A stretch of 64,000 nucleotides of DNA from an uncultured Planctomycetota bacterium. Its GTDB lineage: Bacteria > Planctomycetota > Planctomycetia > Isosphaerales > Isosphaeraceae. Position numbers and translations under genes: made by a program. The notes under the pieces were generated by a model that was not told the origin of the DNA, did not search any database, and worked only from the letters and a program-made list of their open reading frames with translations. How positions within the stretch are numbered: the stretch's first letter is position 1; each line of letters begins with the position of its first letter. Shown piece by piece: positions 63,159 to 64,000 of the stretch. The DNA is taken from NCBI GenBank assembly GCA_963823665.1, contig CAWGMQ010000010.1, positions 192,001 to 256,000 on the forward strand, in the 5' to 3' direction.

Positions 63159-63755
63159 ATGAGCCGGGGCGCATCGAGACGACTCGTTGTTCGCAGGGAG
63201 CCCGTTCTCTATGCCACGGTACTCCTCGGGCTGTTGATCCTTCATTTCGCCCTCTGCTACCCGGGCGCCGTCGCACGCGGCTATCCGCCATTGGAAGCGT
63301 TCTGGATCGTCTCGATCTATCTTGTATTTCCGGGCGTTGGTGTCGCCGCATTGTTCGATGACTTCGCCTATGCTCCGCGCGTGCGCTATCGCTTGCTCGC
63401 GGCCTTTTCAGTGGTGGCGACGCTCATGATTGGCGTCGTCTGGGCGAACGGGATGATACGGCCGAGCATAGGCCATCTCACTGGATAAATGGGCGTAATT
63501 CACGTCCAGTTGGGATTCATTCTGTTCGAATCGCTCTTCATGCTCGCAGTGACGTTGCCCTTCGTATTCTGCTGGGAATCGGTATGCCGAGGCACTTGGA
63601 GTTGGATTCGTGAATTCTCTTCGCCGCAACCCACCCGCATCGGTGTCGGCGGGCTCGTGCGACTGGTCATTGCGGTCGGAATTCTGTGCGCCGCCATCAA
63701 GTTCGTGGTCTCGCTCGACCCCTGGTATTTCAGCCGGCCGTTCCTTGAGCACTGA
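63159..63755 (+). CDS. Multi-pass membrane hypothetical protein, interrupted by an in-frame TAA (or two abutting ORFs)
   Basis: Two hydrophobic ORFs in the same frame separated only by TAA at 63486-63488. Confidence 0.5.
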
Positions 63756-63834
63756 GCACGAAATGTGAGCACGGTCGTGAGACTACGGTTCGAACGGGCA
63801 ACCCCCTGCATTCCGCTGACAATTGACGATTCCA

Positions 63835-63863
63835 TTGACACTTGTAAGACGCCTGGCTAAGCT
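63835..63863 (+). promoter_or_regulatory. Putative sigma70 promoter for a gene beyond the window
   Basis: TTGACA-N17-TAAGCT. Confidence 0.5.
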
Positions 63864-64000
63864 CGAACGAATCAGTGCCCAACTCCCTCTTGCGAACTCT
63901 CGTCGTGTGCGTCGGCGATTCGGTTGGATCGATTCGAGGCTGCGCCGGCCGCCGTGCTCTTGGCGTCTGCGCTACCGCAGGGCGGCGATGGCGCGCGTGT

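Overview
High-GC bacterial window, almost certainly Planctomycetota and probably Isosphaeraceae-like. Markers are the DUF1559 prepilin-type gene, LE.R.LL export motifs, a PVC-type CxxCH protein and ECF sigma fusions. About 20 single-base frameshifts split otherwise intact genes, which points to uncorrected long-read sequence. The left third (about 2.5-19.1 kb) is a general-stress-type island. It carries a sigma54 enhancer-binding response regulator, an AI-2E transporter, a CHASE3 kinase/receiver/PAS hybrid kinase cascade, two CsbD proteins, DUF1328, DUF883-like, holin-like and CBS proteins, two lipoproteins and an unannotated zinc-finger microprotein. Eight intergenic, correctly oriented sigma54 (-24/-12) motifs precede these units, suggesting an RpoN-driven general stress regulon; this is the best candidate for an undescribed system. 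The middle holds tandem M28 peptidases, maf, Uma2, a truncated MetE-like gene plus PAS kinase, a deacetylase-fused PVC cytochrome protein with an enolase, a BrnT/BrnA pair and a purine deaminase/xanthine dehydrogenase-like cluster. The right part has a 2,247-aa glycine-rich exported protein abutting a truncated ECF sigma gene, a lactate permease, an ECF-sigma fusion with a sigma-less paralogue, a Tat-exported ManD-like dehydratase and a Cys-rich ORF ahead of a DUF1559 gene. No rRNA, tRNA, CRISPR array or intact transposase was seen. Family assignments come from motif recognition by eye, not from database searches.
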